A DNA stretch of 47,620 nucleotides from Atractiella rhizophila. Lineage: Eukaryota. A program made the translations under genes and the position numbers. The notes under the pieces were generated by a model. The model was not told where the DNA came from, ran no database searches, and worked only from the letters and a program-made list of their open reading frames with translations. Shown here one piece after another: positions 10,412 to 26,313 of this stretch. The stretch is taken from NCBI GenBank assembly GCA_021432655.1, contig MU271278.1, positions 62,001 to 109,620 on the forward strand, given 5' to 3'. Each line of letters opens with the position of its first letter. Within the stretch, counting starts at the first letter, position 1.

Positions 10412-13400
10412 TCAGAGAAACATTATGCCTTTACAATTCGGAGCACCACAATAACATCTGGCGATCTTGCTCGAACCATGACCACCCTCATGATTTTCGA
10501 CGCCGTCTTGCTCTTCGCTTTCACCCTTCTTACCCTTGTCCTTCCTTCCTCTCGTCTTTTTTTTCGCCGGTTTCTTCTTCTCGGGAGAAGGTGGTAAATC
10601 ATCCTGGACGGCGGTATTTGGGTTACCCGAGTAGGAGATACACAGTTCCTCTCCTTCTGCGATCTGCGGCCAACGTTTAGTTTACAATATGAATGAACGT
10701 ATTAGGATAGAGAATCACGTCTTTATGCGCAAAGAAGGCCATTATTGGCCTTGTCTCGTCGCCGTCATCGACATATACCCCAGACTGAAAGACATTCGGT
10801 TCGCACTAGTCAACGAAGAAGTAAGCTCCAGGGCTGAAACCATGACAAAAGCCGCACAGAGTGATTAATAAATCTAGTCAACTGCAAGTTTAACCATGAG
10901 AGACTCTTCTATCCTCTCATGACTAGAAAACACTCACATTCCCGTAGTGAAAGGCATCGATGCAATACAATGCTTCCACCTGCTCATCTTCGACATCCGT
11001 CTCCCCACTTTTCACCTCGGCCGCCTGGGCACCGAAAACTGGCTGCTCGCCCCTTGCTTCTACCTCACGTCGAATCTTCGTCTGTTCCTCGATGATTTGT
11101 TGCCAGGTTTGGTGAATCGTGAGGCCCTTTTTGTCTTGTTCGATGAGGTGCAGCTTGATGTAATAAAAGTCTGAATCCATTCACCAATGTGGTGAGGCGG
11201 AGAAGGGACGATGGGAAGGAATGTCGAACCAAGATCAAATAAATAAGTGCGCCCGACCTTCTCGTATACCCTGTTCCCGGCCGGCATTAGAACCTACACG
11301 ACAACGTAGAGGAAGGAGTCAGCGCACAGGCCTCTCTTCTCTGCTTCGGCGTTAGAAAGCAGCTCTCCAGAGTACACAGCGATGAATGTTCCTTTTGGAA
11401 TGAACTCAGCCGCTCTAACGCCTGGGCATCCATTTATGGATTCATTAGCGAGCGTTCAAGCAAACTACCAGGAAAGGCACGGGGCAGAGAGTCAACTCAC
11501 CCCAACCCTTCTTGTGGGTCTTAAACAAGTCCAATTTGACTGTTCTACCCCTTCCGACAACCTATGCAATCAACGAAAGGATCATCCATGAGAAACCTCC
11601 TCCGAAACCAAAAGAGGGCTTACGCGATTCACACACTCTGGAGGACACCCGCATTCTTCATTACACTCCCAAATGGCCGCATTCTCGCTTGAAACTCTCT
11701 CATCTACCCTCCCCAACCTAGTGTAAGCAAAACCTCTACCCCCATCCATCCAGCCCTCCTCCGGGACATCAACGTCGCACCGCCTCAGCGCAGCCATCTG
11801 CCGTTGTCTACAAAAGCACGCCTCATTCTCCCAACAATCTGTTTCGCACGAGCAACCCTCTGGTTTCTTATTCTCGAGCGTTCCCCGGTACACAATCCGG
11901 TCGGTATAGTGGAACTCCCAGGTGGGACACCATGTTTGATCGGTTTTTGATGGTGCAGGAAGGATGCGGACCCTTGGAGCTGACGGTTCCTGTTCCGCTA
12001 GGTAGGAGGCGAACAGGCTGGCATCGTATGGAGACGGTCGATGCGTACCCTCCGCCAGACCATGGTTGATGTCGTCGTGGAGGTCGGACTTGAACTCTTT
12101 CCCTAGAATGGGATGGATCAGCTCTGGCCCGGTTAGAGAACGCTCATGTGGGCGGGAGAAGAGATCGTCGAGACGTTCAAGTTCTTCAGGTGTGAGGAAG
12201 CGTTTCTATCCCCAACACAATATCTATTTGCTCGACGAGATAGCGGAGCAAGGAGAGAGACCCACCTCCTCCTTCTTGGTCCTTCCATTTCTCTCCCTCT
12301 CCTTTCTCGATCTCCTAATTCCCTCGACGATCCCCATCACATGTCTTTGACTCCCAATCGAGATATTTCCTCCTTCGTCTCCATTAAACTCAGGAGAAGC
12401 CGTCCTCGCCCGCAGCTTTGCAATTTTCGATGGACTCAAACCCATCTTCTCCAAACCATCATCCTCACCCAGCTCGTCCTCTTCTGAAGTAGTTCGCCCT
12501 CCTCCATTCTCTTCTTCTCCACTTCGCTCTTCGTCGTCATAATCCTCTTGTTTTTCCCAGTTCCCGGGTCCCAAAAGGGAAAGATCCTGCATAGCATCCT
12601 TCAAACCCCAATCTCCCTCTTGAGACTGTGTCCCGCTGATTCCACTCATCCCATTGCGTGCACCATCCGTCTCTCCTTCTTCGACCATAGTTACATCCAT
12701 GTCTGCGCCATCGTTCTCCTCGAGAGAGTGCATGGGTCTAGCCATAAACGTTGAACTATTTGACGAGGAGCTTTGAAATTTGTTAGCTTGAGTTGTAAGG
12801 TCGGGAGAAGGGGTACGAGGAGGTGGTGTGTCGAGATCGATCACCTCCATCGCGCTTGAACTTGTTGACCCCACCTTTGACAGTGATCCATTGTAGTATT
12901 TTGTCGTCTTCAAGTTGAGAGTCCTTGACGGCGCCGTTTGTACTGTTGGCATGTTTGCCTTCGCTTTCCCCTTCCCTTTCCATGACCCAGTGGATGGGCC
13001 AAGCCTAAGTTCATCTTCACTTTCCATATCAAAATCGCTCCACCTACTCTCCCTCCTCCGCTTCTTGACGCGTGCAGCTTCCTCTTCATCGTCCTCCTCA
13101 TCGTCAAACGTGATAATGTCCTTCCCTCCAGATTTCTTGATCCTCCAACCGCTACCTTCCGCCGCCTGCGAGCTCTCTCCATGCTTCAAGACCCCATTCT
13201 CCCCCTTAAGTTTCAGCCGAGGTTTAACAGGCGAAAGTTCTAGCATCCTCCTTTCATCCTCAATCCTTCTCATCTTCATCGCTTCCGCTTCGAGCCGTGC
13301 TTCAGCCTGGGAGCTGGATATCTGTTCAAAGGCCGCGACCGCGTTCGGAGGGAGTGAAGCGGTGGAGGAGATAGACAGGTGCGATTCTGCCTGCACGTCG

Positions 13401-13467
13401 AATCAAAATGTCATACTTTGGTGGAAGAAGCAGGACTGACGGATGTTTCACGCGCTAGAAAGGACAT
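10412..13467 (-). CDS. clr4: SUV39/Clr4/DIM-5-type histone H3K9 methyltransferase (pre-SET, SET, post-SET; long disordered N-terminus)
   Basis: Pre-SET GCSCETDC..CFC..IWECNEECGCPPECVNRV. SET motifs YLFDL, DAFHYGN..FINH, EELCISY. Post-SET CYCGAPNCKGIMF*. The start is inferred from a 27-nt first exon plus intron 13391-13440. Confidence 0.88.
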
Positions 13468-13784
13468 CAGCTGCCTGTTCTGGTCCCCTTGAAGCGCGCC
13501 AATCTTTCTGGTTGTGATAGCGTCGCAGGTGTTGCTGCAGTGTAGTTACATATACATTCGTGAACCTTCCTGCTGGTGGTCGCTGGTGCAGGTTGGTTCT
13601 AGCTCAGCTGTTTGCAATACACGGGAGAACAGAGCGGGACAGACAACGAAAGTTTTACGCTGCGAAATATTTTTCTCACGACATATCGAAGGTACTCTGT
13701 AAGAGCAAAGGAGCTCTCTTTGTTGTTATGGCATCCACAAGCGCTCAACCAGGTGATTGGGACTCCCAATGTTCTCTTTGGTAG

Positions 13785-15348
<1,564 letters not shown>

Positions 15349-15370
15349 ATTTTTATTTCTTTCATCAATT

Positions 15371-15960
15371 TCATCCACGCGCTTGTGCTTGCTGCTGTTG
15401 ATGTATTATCTCTCGGAATGCAGTGTTTGCTTTCCCAATCTCTCCTTCTAGATACTGCACAACAATCGGACACACTCGAAATCAGTTTCCAAGCATGGGA
15501 GAATATGACGGAGTGAGAGCGCACTTTTTGTTTCTTCTGTAAATTTACCACATCTTCCTTCGCAGCCTTGATGTCGCTTTTCAGCTCACTCGTTACCCTG
15601 TCGTAAGGTTCCTCCATAAACCTACATATAAAGGTCTTAGCATCCCTGCACTGTATTTTCGCGCGGCACAGAGATCGAGGAGAGGGAGGGAAACTGCTTA
15701 CATCTTGCCGATCGACTTAAATACCCTTCCTTCTCCTTGTTCTTCCAGCTCCCTCAGAGTGAGCTCAAGCATCTTTCCGTCCTTCTCACGCCCTAATATC
15801 TGAGTCTTCACGACTTGAAGGGTTTTGGTGGCAATCGCATGTTGCGATTGGATCTGTAGCAAGATCTAATCCGCGCACTTGCGCTCAGTACTGTCTACAA
15901 CGATAAGCTGAAGAAAGTGCAGGGACAAACCTGCCGCAATGGATCTTCGGCGTTAGACAT
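15371..15960 (-). CDS. PFD1: Prefoldin subunit 1 (multi-exon)
   Basis: Spliced minus-strand translation MSNAEDPLRQ..KTQILGREKDGKMLELTLRELE..VFKSIGKM|FMEEP..LQKKQK|YLEGEI, a short coiled coil with the prefoldin hairpin motif. Confidence 0.8.
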
Positions 15961-16297
15961 CACTGGGGGATGAAATAACAGAAACCAGAGATGGTGAATA
16001 AATTTAGGTTCCGAGATCGCCAGAACAAGGGCAGAGTTAATTCTAAACATTAAACATGTACACATTGATATAGTTACTATCCAATGCTATCAATGTTTCG
16101 CACACGGCAATTTCTCTTTCTTGGATCAACAAAGCATGTAAGACCATTACGCGACCACGGCAGACAGGATGCAATGCGACCAAATACCTAATGAGATATA
16201 TATCAAACTAGTTAACTGCAGCAAAATTCAACCAAGCATCTAAAGAAACGCGAATTCGAGCTCCTCATATACATTTTTACCGCACTCAAACCAAACT

Positions 16298-17729
16298 CTA
16301 CAGCTCCTCCTCTTCCAACCGCAAGCGATCCACGACCATTCTTTGAAACCAACCCTGCTTCGGCCACTTCTTCTCCCACTGATTATGCAAATGGATCCCA
16401 AACACGCTCTCCACCTTCCACTCCAGCTCCCTCTCCCTACTCTGCACAAGCTTCACGTCCTCAAAGATATCGGGCAGCCTGTTGTCTAGACGACAGTTTC
16501 GTGCGTCGCCCGCGCACCACGGGAGGACGGAGAAGGGAGTGATGTTGTGTGAGAGAAGCAGACGGAAGGCCCGCAGGTAGAGCGTTGAGCCCCAGTCGGT
16601 GGAGGAGGGACGCGGTGGGGTGGAGTGAAGCATTAGGGTGAACATTGTACAGAGGTATGGGGAGGAGGGACGAAAGTGCATCAATGCACCGTTGAGGACT
16701 TGGTACGGTTTTCCTGAGATAAACATGTGGTAAGTAATTCTTCGGGAGAGCTTAATGGGAGCTCATTGGGCATTGTGCCAGCAAAAGGCTCGTTGGAAGC
16801 ATGAACAAAGTATGTCCCACGCTCATGTTGTGACAAGGCTGAACAGGGATAGGTTGGATGGACTCACGATAACAATCCCACTCTTCCACCCACTCCTGTT
16901 CAAGCAAAGGCCGCAGATCCCTCGTCATGACCATATCCATATCGACCCAAACGCCACCAAAATTCCACAACACCAAAAGTCTCACAAGGTCTCCGTCCAC
17001 CCACGCCTTCTTATCATTGAGAGCGCTCTCCAACACCTTGCTCCCTCTCAAAACCGTCGTACTAACCAGGGCGGGTATATCGACCGTTCGCACATTGATT
17101 CGATGGGCGTATGTGGAGAGCAAGCGTTTGAGAGGTTCGTAAGAGAGAAGAGAAGAAGAATGACCGTTTGTCCAGAGAACGACGGAGGAGTGCGATTGGG
17201 TGGTGAGGATGGAACGGAGGGTGATCATTTGACGTGTTGAGAAGGGAAGGAGGTCGGAGCGCCAGTAGGTGTGGTAGGTCGTTGTGTAGGGTAGGAGGTG
17301 GAGGTTCTCTTGTGTTGTTGTTGAGGAGGAAGGAAGAGTGCGGAGGAAGGCGTAGCAGTCGTTTCCGTGTGAAGTCGGTATGGAAGGATGGAGGGAGAGC
17401 GTTAAGTTTCGCTCTCTACTGTCATGTCCACTCCAACAACTCCCAATATCGATGGAAGGAACGGTCTCGATCTCCCTATCCACCCATCCTCTATCATACC
17501 TTTGAATCTCCACATGAATCTCATATCTCCTCCAAAACCACACCATCCAAAGTCCAAAAACCACAAATCCCGTTATAATGGACCGTCGCAAGCTGTAAGC
17601 CTCCAGGGCAGCCAACCGCCGTACGAATGGAAGTTGACGAAACTGCCGCCGACGCGTCTTTGCTGTTGGGTCCGCATTGGAGTAGGTGTATGAGGGAAGG
17701 GGGGAGCTGCGTGCACCCCGTCTTTCCAT
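16298..17729 (-). CDS. Glycosyltransferase family 32 (DxD) type II membrane protein; one intron 16714-16867
   Basis: N-terminal TM segment, YHTYWRSDL, GDLVRLLVLWNFGGVWVDMD, FGIHLHNQWEK. Confidence 0.85.
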
Positions 17730-18344
17730 GTTGTGGACGCGTTTAAAATAGTACTCCCACGTCGGCGTGCTCTGACTTAGGCAGTCCCCGAGGACGTCCG
17801 TAATTTCCGAGCAGAGGGAGCCTCGATCCACATCTAGTTGAAGGAGTGAGAATAGTGTTGCTTGAGCTTTGTGATAATAATAGTGAGTCGGTTCAGCCCA
17901 TATTCTATCAGTATAATGTTGAACTGGCATTCTTCACGGTATTCTCCTTCGAGCCACACCATGTTGTGAACGAAGTGCGATCTTTTCAGAGGTTTTTGTT
18001 CCACAGTTTGATTCTTTTGCGTGCTGTTAGCTCTCTGTGCAACCACAAGCAATTCGAAAAGTGATTTTACCTTTTCAATCTCTCTGAGTGTTTCAACAAG
18101 TATACTCCAATCGTTGATCTAATCTTTATTATGCGTCCTTTGGCGTGGATCGATTGCTTTTGAGAGAAACTAGCACATGAGCAGGGACCTATCCTGTTCC
18201 GTAGTTCCGCAGAGTATATGGCTTGGTTGCAGATGAGAGTTAAGAAGGATGTGAGAAAAGAGCTGCGTGAACGCCGCCAACGTGCTTCTTTCATTAGCAA
18301 AATCGATTCTCATATATATCCAACTGGTACAGGAAAATCGTATC

Positions 18345-19109
18345 ATGTCCGCAGACAAAACCATCAAAGGACTCACCGAATCCACTGAAACATTCGATGG
18401 TTCCCCGTTACGGATCCTCATCGTGCACGCGCGGTATGTTCTCCTCTTTCATCTAACACAATAGACTAACAATGGAGCTAGGTGGAACATGGACGTGATC
18501 CAACCGCTTCTGGACGGCGCGATCAAGACGCTGACGTCCAGCGGAGTGAAGAGCGAGAACATCGTCATCCAAACCGTCCCAGGGTCTTACGAGCTGCCCT
18601 ATGCATGTGCCCAGTGCGCTTCTCATTGTCTCTCAATGCTTTCTGATGCTGAGATTTCTCCCCGTTGTTGTGTGATGGACAGAGCGATATCGGCCTCTCA
18701 GATCCAATCAGCAGCAGCAGCACCGACGCTGCTAGGGTCCATAGGCGATCTGACCTCTCTCACGGTCACGAGTCCGGCTCCTCCAGCTCCGTCCAGCCAA
18801 TCAAACCCAGAAGCGCTAACGTGCCCATTCTCAGCCGTGATCGCGATCGGGGTGCTGATCAAAGGGTCTACGATGCACTTTGAGTACATCGCGGACGCGG
18901 TGTCGCAGGGCCTGATGAGGGTCCAGCTGGACTCGGGGGTGCCGGTCATTTTTGGTGTCTTGACCTGTTTGAATGACGAGCAGGCTTTGCAGAGAGCGGG
19001 CGTGAAGGGCTCCTGGGGCGAGGGACATAATCATGGGATTGATTGGGGGAAGGCGGCGGTGGAGTTGGGCGTGAAGAGGCAGAGGTGGTCGGAGGGCAAG
19101 TTCGCTTGA
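18345..19109 (+). CDS. RIB4: 6,7-dimethyl-8-ribityllumazine synthase
   Basis: [52 protein letters not shown]. Confidence 0.95.
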
Positions 19110-20031
19110 GCGATGGAATGATCACAAAATGATCTCATCTCGTGATTGTGATTGGAAGAATAACATGTAACATTGTAACATTATCTGATCTCATAGATTT
19201 GGAACAGATTCACATGACATGTACAATGATAACAGACAACAGATTACATATTCTTTATCGCCGACGGCATTCTCCGAAGCCGCACATTATGCCAAGCTTT
19301 CATTCCGCACGCGCAGCATTTCCTCCCGCACACTCCCCAGATCGCCTCTTCGTTTCAGTCCAGTGCAAAATGTCTTGCACTTCCTTAAAAGCCTCCAAAA
19401 AACAAAAACGACGACCTCCCCTCCACAGGCTCACCTCGCACGGCCGAGAAAAGCTGGTGGCTTTGTTGTTGAACGATTGCGGCGAAGTGATTGCGCGATC
19501 GAAAGCACGGCGAACGCAAGATTACACCAGAGTGGAGAAGGAAAGCGTTACTGCATTCCAGAGTACTTAGGATCCTGTAGCGCGTTAGCTCCAAAATACA
19601 GCTCCAATTTAGACAGATCTCGGGAAACGTGGGAGAAGGTATGTTTCTCCTTCTCGCGTTATAGATTGTGGTAGGCTTTGGAGATGGAAATGGAGTCGTG
19701 GGAGTTGGAGCATGCAGGATGAAGCTGACATTGCTTCTCCTTGTCGTGCGTGAATGGCAGTTCGATCACACCATACTCTTTTCGAATTTCACCTTCATTC
19801 AATCTTATACTTATAAGGCAGTCCCCGCCAAAGAGAGACGGTCAAGAGCACTTGGACGATTCAGCTCTCATTCAGGTCGCAAACGTTCGTACTATCTCCT
19901 CCTTCCACACAAGGTGCTGGGCTAACGGAATCTTTTGAACTTTTTTCCACCTTTTCTATCAATTTTTGTTGCCTGCCATTGTTCTGGAATTATCTTGTTG
20001 TCCATCGCTGGATGCATTGTCATTATGACAG

Positions 20032-22891
20032 ATGGTGACTATTTCCAAGTCCACGAAGAGGACGGCAGCCAAATTTTTGGGCATCAAACTCGATTCTGCG
20101 GAAGGAACAGGAAATCGAGTGACGAGGGGTGAAAGCGTGGTTTCTCAAGTTCGTTTCCTTCCCAATGCTCATGCTTACGAATGCTGACAAATTTGGTGCG
20201 AGCAGATCGAATCCTTCTCTTCTCCTGCTTACCTTCAACGCGACCCCACCGTGGAAGACTGGGTTCGAGACTACATCCCTAGCAAAAAGGAGGTAATAGA
20301 CTACTTTTACTCTTTCTTCCCCTTCGTCGATTGGCTCCCGAGGTACAATTTCACTTGGCTATATGGAGATCTCGTCGCTGGCATCACGGTCGGAGCTGTG
20401 GTCGTGCCTCAGGGTTCGGTTTTTTTTTCGCCACATTCGTGACAATGTTGAGAGAGACACAGGTATGGCTTATGCAAAACTCGCCACTCTCCCGCCCGAA
20501 TATGGTCTCTACTCATCCTTCGTCGGTGTCATGATCTACTGGTTTTTCGCAACGTCTAAGGATGTGCGTATCTCTTTATTTTCTTGTTTTGCTCGAAGAA
20601 TTGGAAATCTCACCGCTGGATATGCGAAATAGATCACCATCGGACCAGTGGCTGTCATGTCTACTCTCGTCGGTAACATCATCACGGATACAATCCACAA
20701 GCATCCTGACCTCACTGGCCCCGAGATCGCTTCTGCCCTCGCCGTCATCCTGGGTTGTATTGTCTTCGTTCTCGGTGTTCTCAGGCTCGGGTGGATTGTG
20801 GAGTTCATCCCACTTCCAGCAATCGCTGCGTTCATGACTGGTTCCGGTACGTTATGATTTTTCCCTAGAAATTTCAGGATAATGTTGATGCGTCGAATAC
20901 AGCTATCAACATCGCTGCTGGTCAAACGCCAACCATGTTGGGGATTAATAAGTTATTTGACACCCGCGCATCGACGTATAAAGTAATCATCAACACGTTG
21001 AAGCATTTACCGGACACCAACATCAACGCGGCGATGGGATTGACCGCCCTCTTCCTCCTCTACGCCATCCGACTCTTCTGCAACTTCATGTCGAAGCGGT
21101 ACCCGCAGAAACAGAAGCTCTGGTTCTTCATCAACACCCTCAGGACAGTCTTCGTCATCCTCCTCTACACCTTCGTCTCGTGGCTCGTTAATAAGGATAG
21201 GAGGAAGCACCCCAAGTTCTCCATCCTCCTCACTGTTCCTAGAGGTTTCAAACATATGGGTGCCCCTGCTTTGGACAAGAACCTCATTACGTCTTTCGCG
21301 ACTGAATTGCCCGCTGCGACCATCGTGTTGTTAATCGAACACATCGGTTCGTTTCTTTTCTCTTCAAACTGTGACTGGATTAACAGAATGATGGAACAGC
21401 GATTTCGAAATCTTTTGGAAGGGTCAACAATTATGTTATCAACCCCAGTCAGGAGTTAGTCGCTTTGGGAATAACCAACATCTTCGGTCCTTTCTTTGGA
21501 GCTTATCCTGCCACCGGATCGTTCAGTAGAACGGCTATCAAGGCGAAAGCTGGTGTCAGGACCCCACTTGCGGGTGTTATTACTGGTATCGTGGTTGTTT
21601 TGGCGCTCTATGCTCTCCCCGCCGTCTTCTACTACATCCCCAACGTAACTATTCTTCTTATTTCATCGTCTAAGAAGCAAGCTGATGGACTGTGCTTGGG
21701 ATGAAGGCCTCTCTCGCTGCCGTCATCATTCATGCTGTGGGAGACCTTATCGTTGCTCCCAACACCCTTTACTCCTTCTGGCGTGTCAATCCTTTGGAGG
21801 TGGTGATTTTCTTCGCCGGTGTCATGTTCGTCGTCCCTACTGCTCTCCTCTCCCCTTCAGGTGACTGAATTCGCTACACAGCGTGACCATTTTCTCAACG
21901 ATCGAGAATGGTATTTATGTCACTATTGGTTTGTCCGGTGGTCTCCTTCTCTGGAGAATCGCCAAGGCACATGGAGACTTCCTTGCTCGTGCGAGGATCA
22001 GATCTGTCGATGGAAACGATTATAGGAATGTTTACGTGCCTGTCGGATTGAGGGATGGAACGAATCCTCTCATTAGTCTGGAGACTCCTCACCCTGGAGT
22101 ATTCGTCTTCCGGTTTGGAGGTACGCCTTTTGAACCCTACCCTCATGCCTAGATGGTGCGCAATTGTTAATAATGCCGTTGATGGACAGACTCGCCCATC
22201 TACCCGAACGTTAGTCATTACACGGATGCTATTGTAGCCCACATTAAAAGCGTCACACGGATCACTTCCACCTCTGCCATCGCCAAAGTTGGAGACCGAG
22301 CGTGGAACGACAAGACCCCTCGGAACATCGACGCAGCAGAGCTTGCAAAAGACACCCGTCCGACCCTCAAAGCCATCATCCTCGACTTCTCCACCGTCTC
22401 CCACGTCGATGTCACCTCCGTCCAAAACCTGGTCGACGTCCGGAAACAACTCGATCGTCACGCTGCACCGGATATTGTGGAATGGCACTTTGCGAACATT
22501 AGGAGCCCGTGGATCAGCAGGGCTTTGGCGAGCGTCGGATTCGGGAGGGCGAGCGGAGTGCCGAAGCCCATGTTTAGCGTTTCGGAAGTGGGACACATCA
22601 TCAGTGAGGGAAGCGAGGATGGGAAGAGCACGGATAGGACCGCAGGCATTGAGGAAGGCTTTAAGGGTTCGGATTTCAACCCAAAACTTGTCCCTATTAC
22701 GAGCGTCGATCGGTACGCTTTTTCTTTCACCTCTCCGTGACGTTGCGTGGTTAATGAGGTGACATAGGCCATGGTTCCACGTTGACCTTGACGAGGCTAT
22801 CAGGGCGACGCTCAGCAATTTGAATGTAGATCCTGAGCGCAGCGGTACTCCAGACAAGAAAGACTTCGACTCGAAAGATAAGGATTTGTAA
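20032..22891 (+). CDS. SUL1: SulP-family sulfate permease with C-terminal STAS domain (multi-exon)
   Basis: WLPRYN..GDLVAGITVGAVVVPQGMAYAKLA..YGLYSSFVG, ATGSFSRTAIK, and STAS IILDFSTVSHVDVT. Confidence 0.92.
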
Positions 22892-23094
22892 TTTTGTTCA
22901 CTGTTAGTTTCGTCGCAATAGTTTCGTTTATGTTTGGGTGGTAATCTTACGAAGTTACACTTTTGACGATTCACGTGCAAGATGGATAGAGCATATACAC
23001 CTTAATGAATACTGTGCATGTCTCTCAATTCACATGGCGGGTTGATTGACAGTCACGCAAGTCCTGTCTGCCAGTGTGGGACTGGTTTTCGTAA

Positions 23095-25695
23095 CTCGTC
23101 ATACAAAACGGTCGTTTCAACATTTCTAGGCATTGCAGGTATTGATAAGATGAAATACTGCCGTGAGGTACTCTTTCAAGCTGATGGCTGAGGCCAGACT
23201 ATGATTGCTCATTCGGTGTGTATACGATTTGCTTCAGCAACATGTACATCTGTATGGTAGATGCCAAAATCTGTCTTAGCTGGAAATTCTTCACCACTCA
23301 CATTATGACAAGGTTGTTCCACACTATTGGCTTTCTAACCATCTTGCTTTCTTCGAACGAGGTGACAGGGGAGCTTGAGCGCTAGGTGTTGGAGAGAGCA
23401 AAGCGGATGAACTAGATGTTCCTTCAATCTGATATCTTATTGTTCTGATGGCCGTAAGTAGGCTTGCCTCTTACTGTCCTCCTATGGGCTAATTTAGCTT
23501 CTTTGATTGGCGTCGTTGCCGGAATAAAGCTAGGATCAGTTACAGTGCAGGAACTGAAGTCCTCTGTGAGCTACGCCGTCACCAAATGCGCCGATTGGCT
23601 GATCGAACGACTCTGATGAATCCGTCATTCTTTTCTTACGACTTGCACCCGTTGTAATGCATTAAAGACGAAATCACAGATTGTCTGAACGATATTTTAT
23701 TGCCGGTACGCACATTCACGGGTTTCAGTATTTAATCCGATTTCGATCACCTTATCGGGTTTGCTCGATCACTTGCGACACTTGATTAGATTGGGAGACT
23801 GCTGATTGTACGACCCCAACTTGCTCCGGGATGATATCGTAGAAGGGGATATTGCGCTTACCGACTCTTCCCTTGGCCAGCATTTCATTCGTTCCTAGTT
23901 CCATCTTTGATCAGCCTTGCATCAGCAGATTGAGACCAACCTTGCGCAACAGGTGGGATGCACTGGCCCAACTTCTATATCGTTTTGCCACTGTATGCTC
24001 AACTATCGGTTTCCGAGATGGAGTTGAGCCTGTCATCACTGGGCCTGCATTCAGGCCTCGTAGTCTGCTTGCCAGTTGGGTATTTTCTGTCTTAGTGATG
24101 CTCTACGAGGGTTCGAAGAATTTTGCGAAGGGCCGCTTTCTAGTATCTAAAATACGGCCGTCAACTTTTTCACCATCTGGACCAGTGCCGTGGACCAGGT
24201 TCAAGAAACGTGGATCAGTCAAATTGATCCAACATTGGACCTCTTCTCTGTCTTTGCCTGCAGCAATGGGTCCGTTAGGGCACCAATTGACACTACAATT
24301 GCTCTCAAATCCATTGCAAACCTCCCACGTGGTGACAAGGCGTTCAAGGATTCACGTTTTCGTCAAGTATCAATTCTTCTGTTCGTCAACTCACTCCTTT
24401 AGAGGTATCGTGTATCCCACATTGAAAAACCAAGGCCGTTCTGATACTGGTCAACCGTTACGCAAACAGTGTGACTTCGACGGCTGGCTTGCTAGAGAAT
24501 GCCCTTGGTGGCGCCTCGATCGCTGCGTTCTCCTTGGAATATGGCTGAGAGGAAATGCAGTGACTATTTTTTGCGTTGCTCAAGCTATTCAAAATATCTG
24601 CTACGCCCCTTGCCCACTACTTTTCGCTTCCAGCGAAGCAGAATCTCACCTGTTAGGAAATAAGAACGACACTGAATACAGCTGAAGTACTATCGACTTG
24701 TCACTATCGACTTGTTAACGATGAGGTGCTAAATGCTGTATCCATTCTATCTAGGTTCTGCCGTCAAATTTGTAGATTCTGCGTTTCAGACGAAGACTTT
24801 TGGAGTCAGGTCGTCAAGCGGCAGAATTCAGGACTATGTCCAATTCCTCGTTATTTGTACAGCTATCTGTGGCGCTGTGCATGTTTTACTAGACCTTGAC
24901 TTACGCTCTGGTTAGACTGCCTACTGTGATCCATGCGTTTTATGGGCAGAAATACGACTTCGGTACCTCGTCAAACGTTACAAAAGCGATTTTAGAAAAT
25001 CCTGATTGGTACCAACTCTAAAAGATTTTGCTTACAGTGCGCAAGCACGAATATTTGGACATCTGTTATTGTCGATTGAACGCTTTTCGTTGTTATTCAT
25101 TTTTAACCTGCTCTTTCTGTGGAACAGGTCAATGTCACAAAACTCGCGATTTTTTCAACTCACATCCTGAACCTGTTTGCATAATCAGTTGACGATGTAA
25201 TGAATGCTATCAGCGTGAGGTCGACAACAGACGCTTATCTTCATCGGAAGCAACAATATTCCAATCCTCCATCTACGGTCAACCAAGCATCTGGATTGGA
25301 GGAGAAAAGTTCATTCTCAAGTCTACTGCAGGAAACGTGAATTGCCAGTCGTCGCTGGTAAGTGAGCGACCGTGCCGAGGCCACTGACCGGCTCCCTACT
25401 TGGCTGTCTCATGCGAAAGTGGAGATAGTCTCTGCGCTTCATCTCCTTCCATTTCGCTCTGGTCTCAGCCTCATGCACATCTGTGACGATATGGGGACTT
25501 TCATCTCTGTTTGTTCTGCTGAAATGCACTATGATGTAGGCTGACCTCCAAACTTCTACTAGTCGCATATATCAATCCAGGGTCCCAAGAAATGCTTCTT
25601 CGCTTTCTTTGTTTTGATCAAAACGTCTGAGATAGGATAGCTCTGTGATTGTTATGACGCATATCCAATGTGACGAAGGTGTTTCACTTGAATCA
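23095..25695. repeat. Copy 1 of a ~2.5-kb diverged direct repeat with no recognisable gene
   Basis: Collinear with 26314-28735. Identical blocks include 23300-23340=26514-26554, 23354-23379=26567-26592, 23705-23740=26866-26901 and 23921-23943=27053-27075. The ends are approximate. Confidence 0.9.
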
Positions 25696-26313
25696 AAGCT
25701 TGGTTTGACTTCTCCCTCCTATGTCAGAACAGTTCTGATGCATGAGTGAGACGCTTCGAAAGCACTGAGGAATAACCATCGACAAACCGAAAAAAGACAA
25801 ACATGTGATCGTGACTTATCGCCACACCTATTCTGCATGGACGAAACACTTACTTCATTACAGAATGTAAAGTCCGTACTTCGTTGATTTGAGTCGATTC
25901 TAAACAACGGTCATTTGACCAGCAATAACCGCTAGTTCTTGTCCTTTATATTACGCTTTAAAATGTTTCAAGGGCTGACTTGCGATCTGGCTAGTATCGT
26001 CTCTCAACTTTTTGTCTATGCAAACCAAGAATTCAAGCAATTCAATGTAAATAACCTTCTTTTCCGACTGTTCCAATCGTTTGCAGCCGTTAGAAAATAC
26101 TGTAAGTGTTAGCTCAATATTTGAAAGTTGGCATAACAGAAGGGCTCTATATGGAGTCATGTGCAAAACGCCGTGGGTGGACTTTAATCTGATAAGTGAT
26201 CAAGCTTGTGTGGCGATTCATATCCTATGCATATTGAATTTGGATTGTCCATCCCAACTTGCGCTATGATACAGCAGATGCTGCTCATTAACATTCAATA
26301 TTCACTTTCCACC

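Noticed and set aside
18700..18825. Ser/Pro/Ala-rich insert in lumazine synthase
   Set aside because: A low-complexity loop at this position is common in filamentous fungal RIB4 proteins.
21895..22980. 361-aa minus-strand ORF and similar antisense ORFs over KRR1, MDL1 and GT32
   Set aside because: Antisense shadows of well-supported genes on the other strand.
23611..23675. Hammerhead-like CTGATGA..GACGAAA in copy 1
   Set aside because: Stems I and III could not be built, and copy 2 reads CTGTGA..GACAAAA, so the core is not conserved.
23852..24685. 277-aa ORF as a stand-alone gene
   Set aside because: TTG start, atypical composition, no motif, and its frame is not maintained in the homologous copy.
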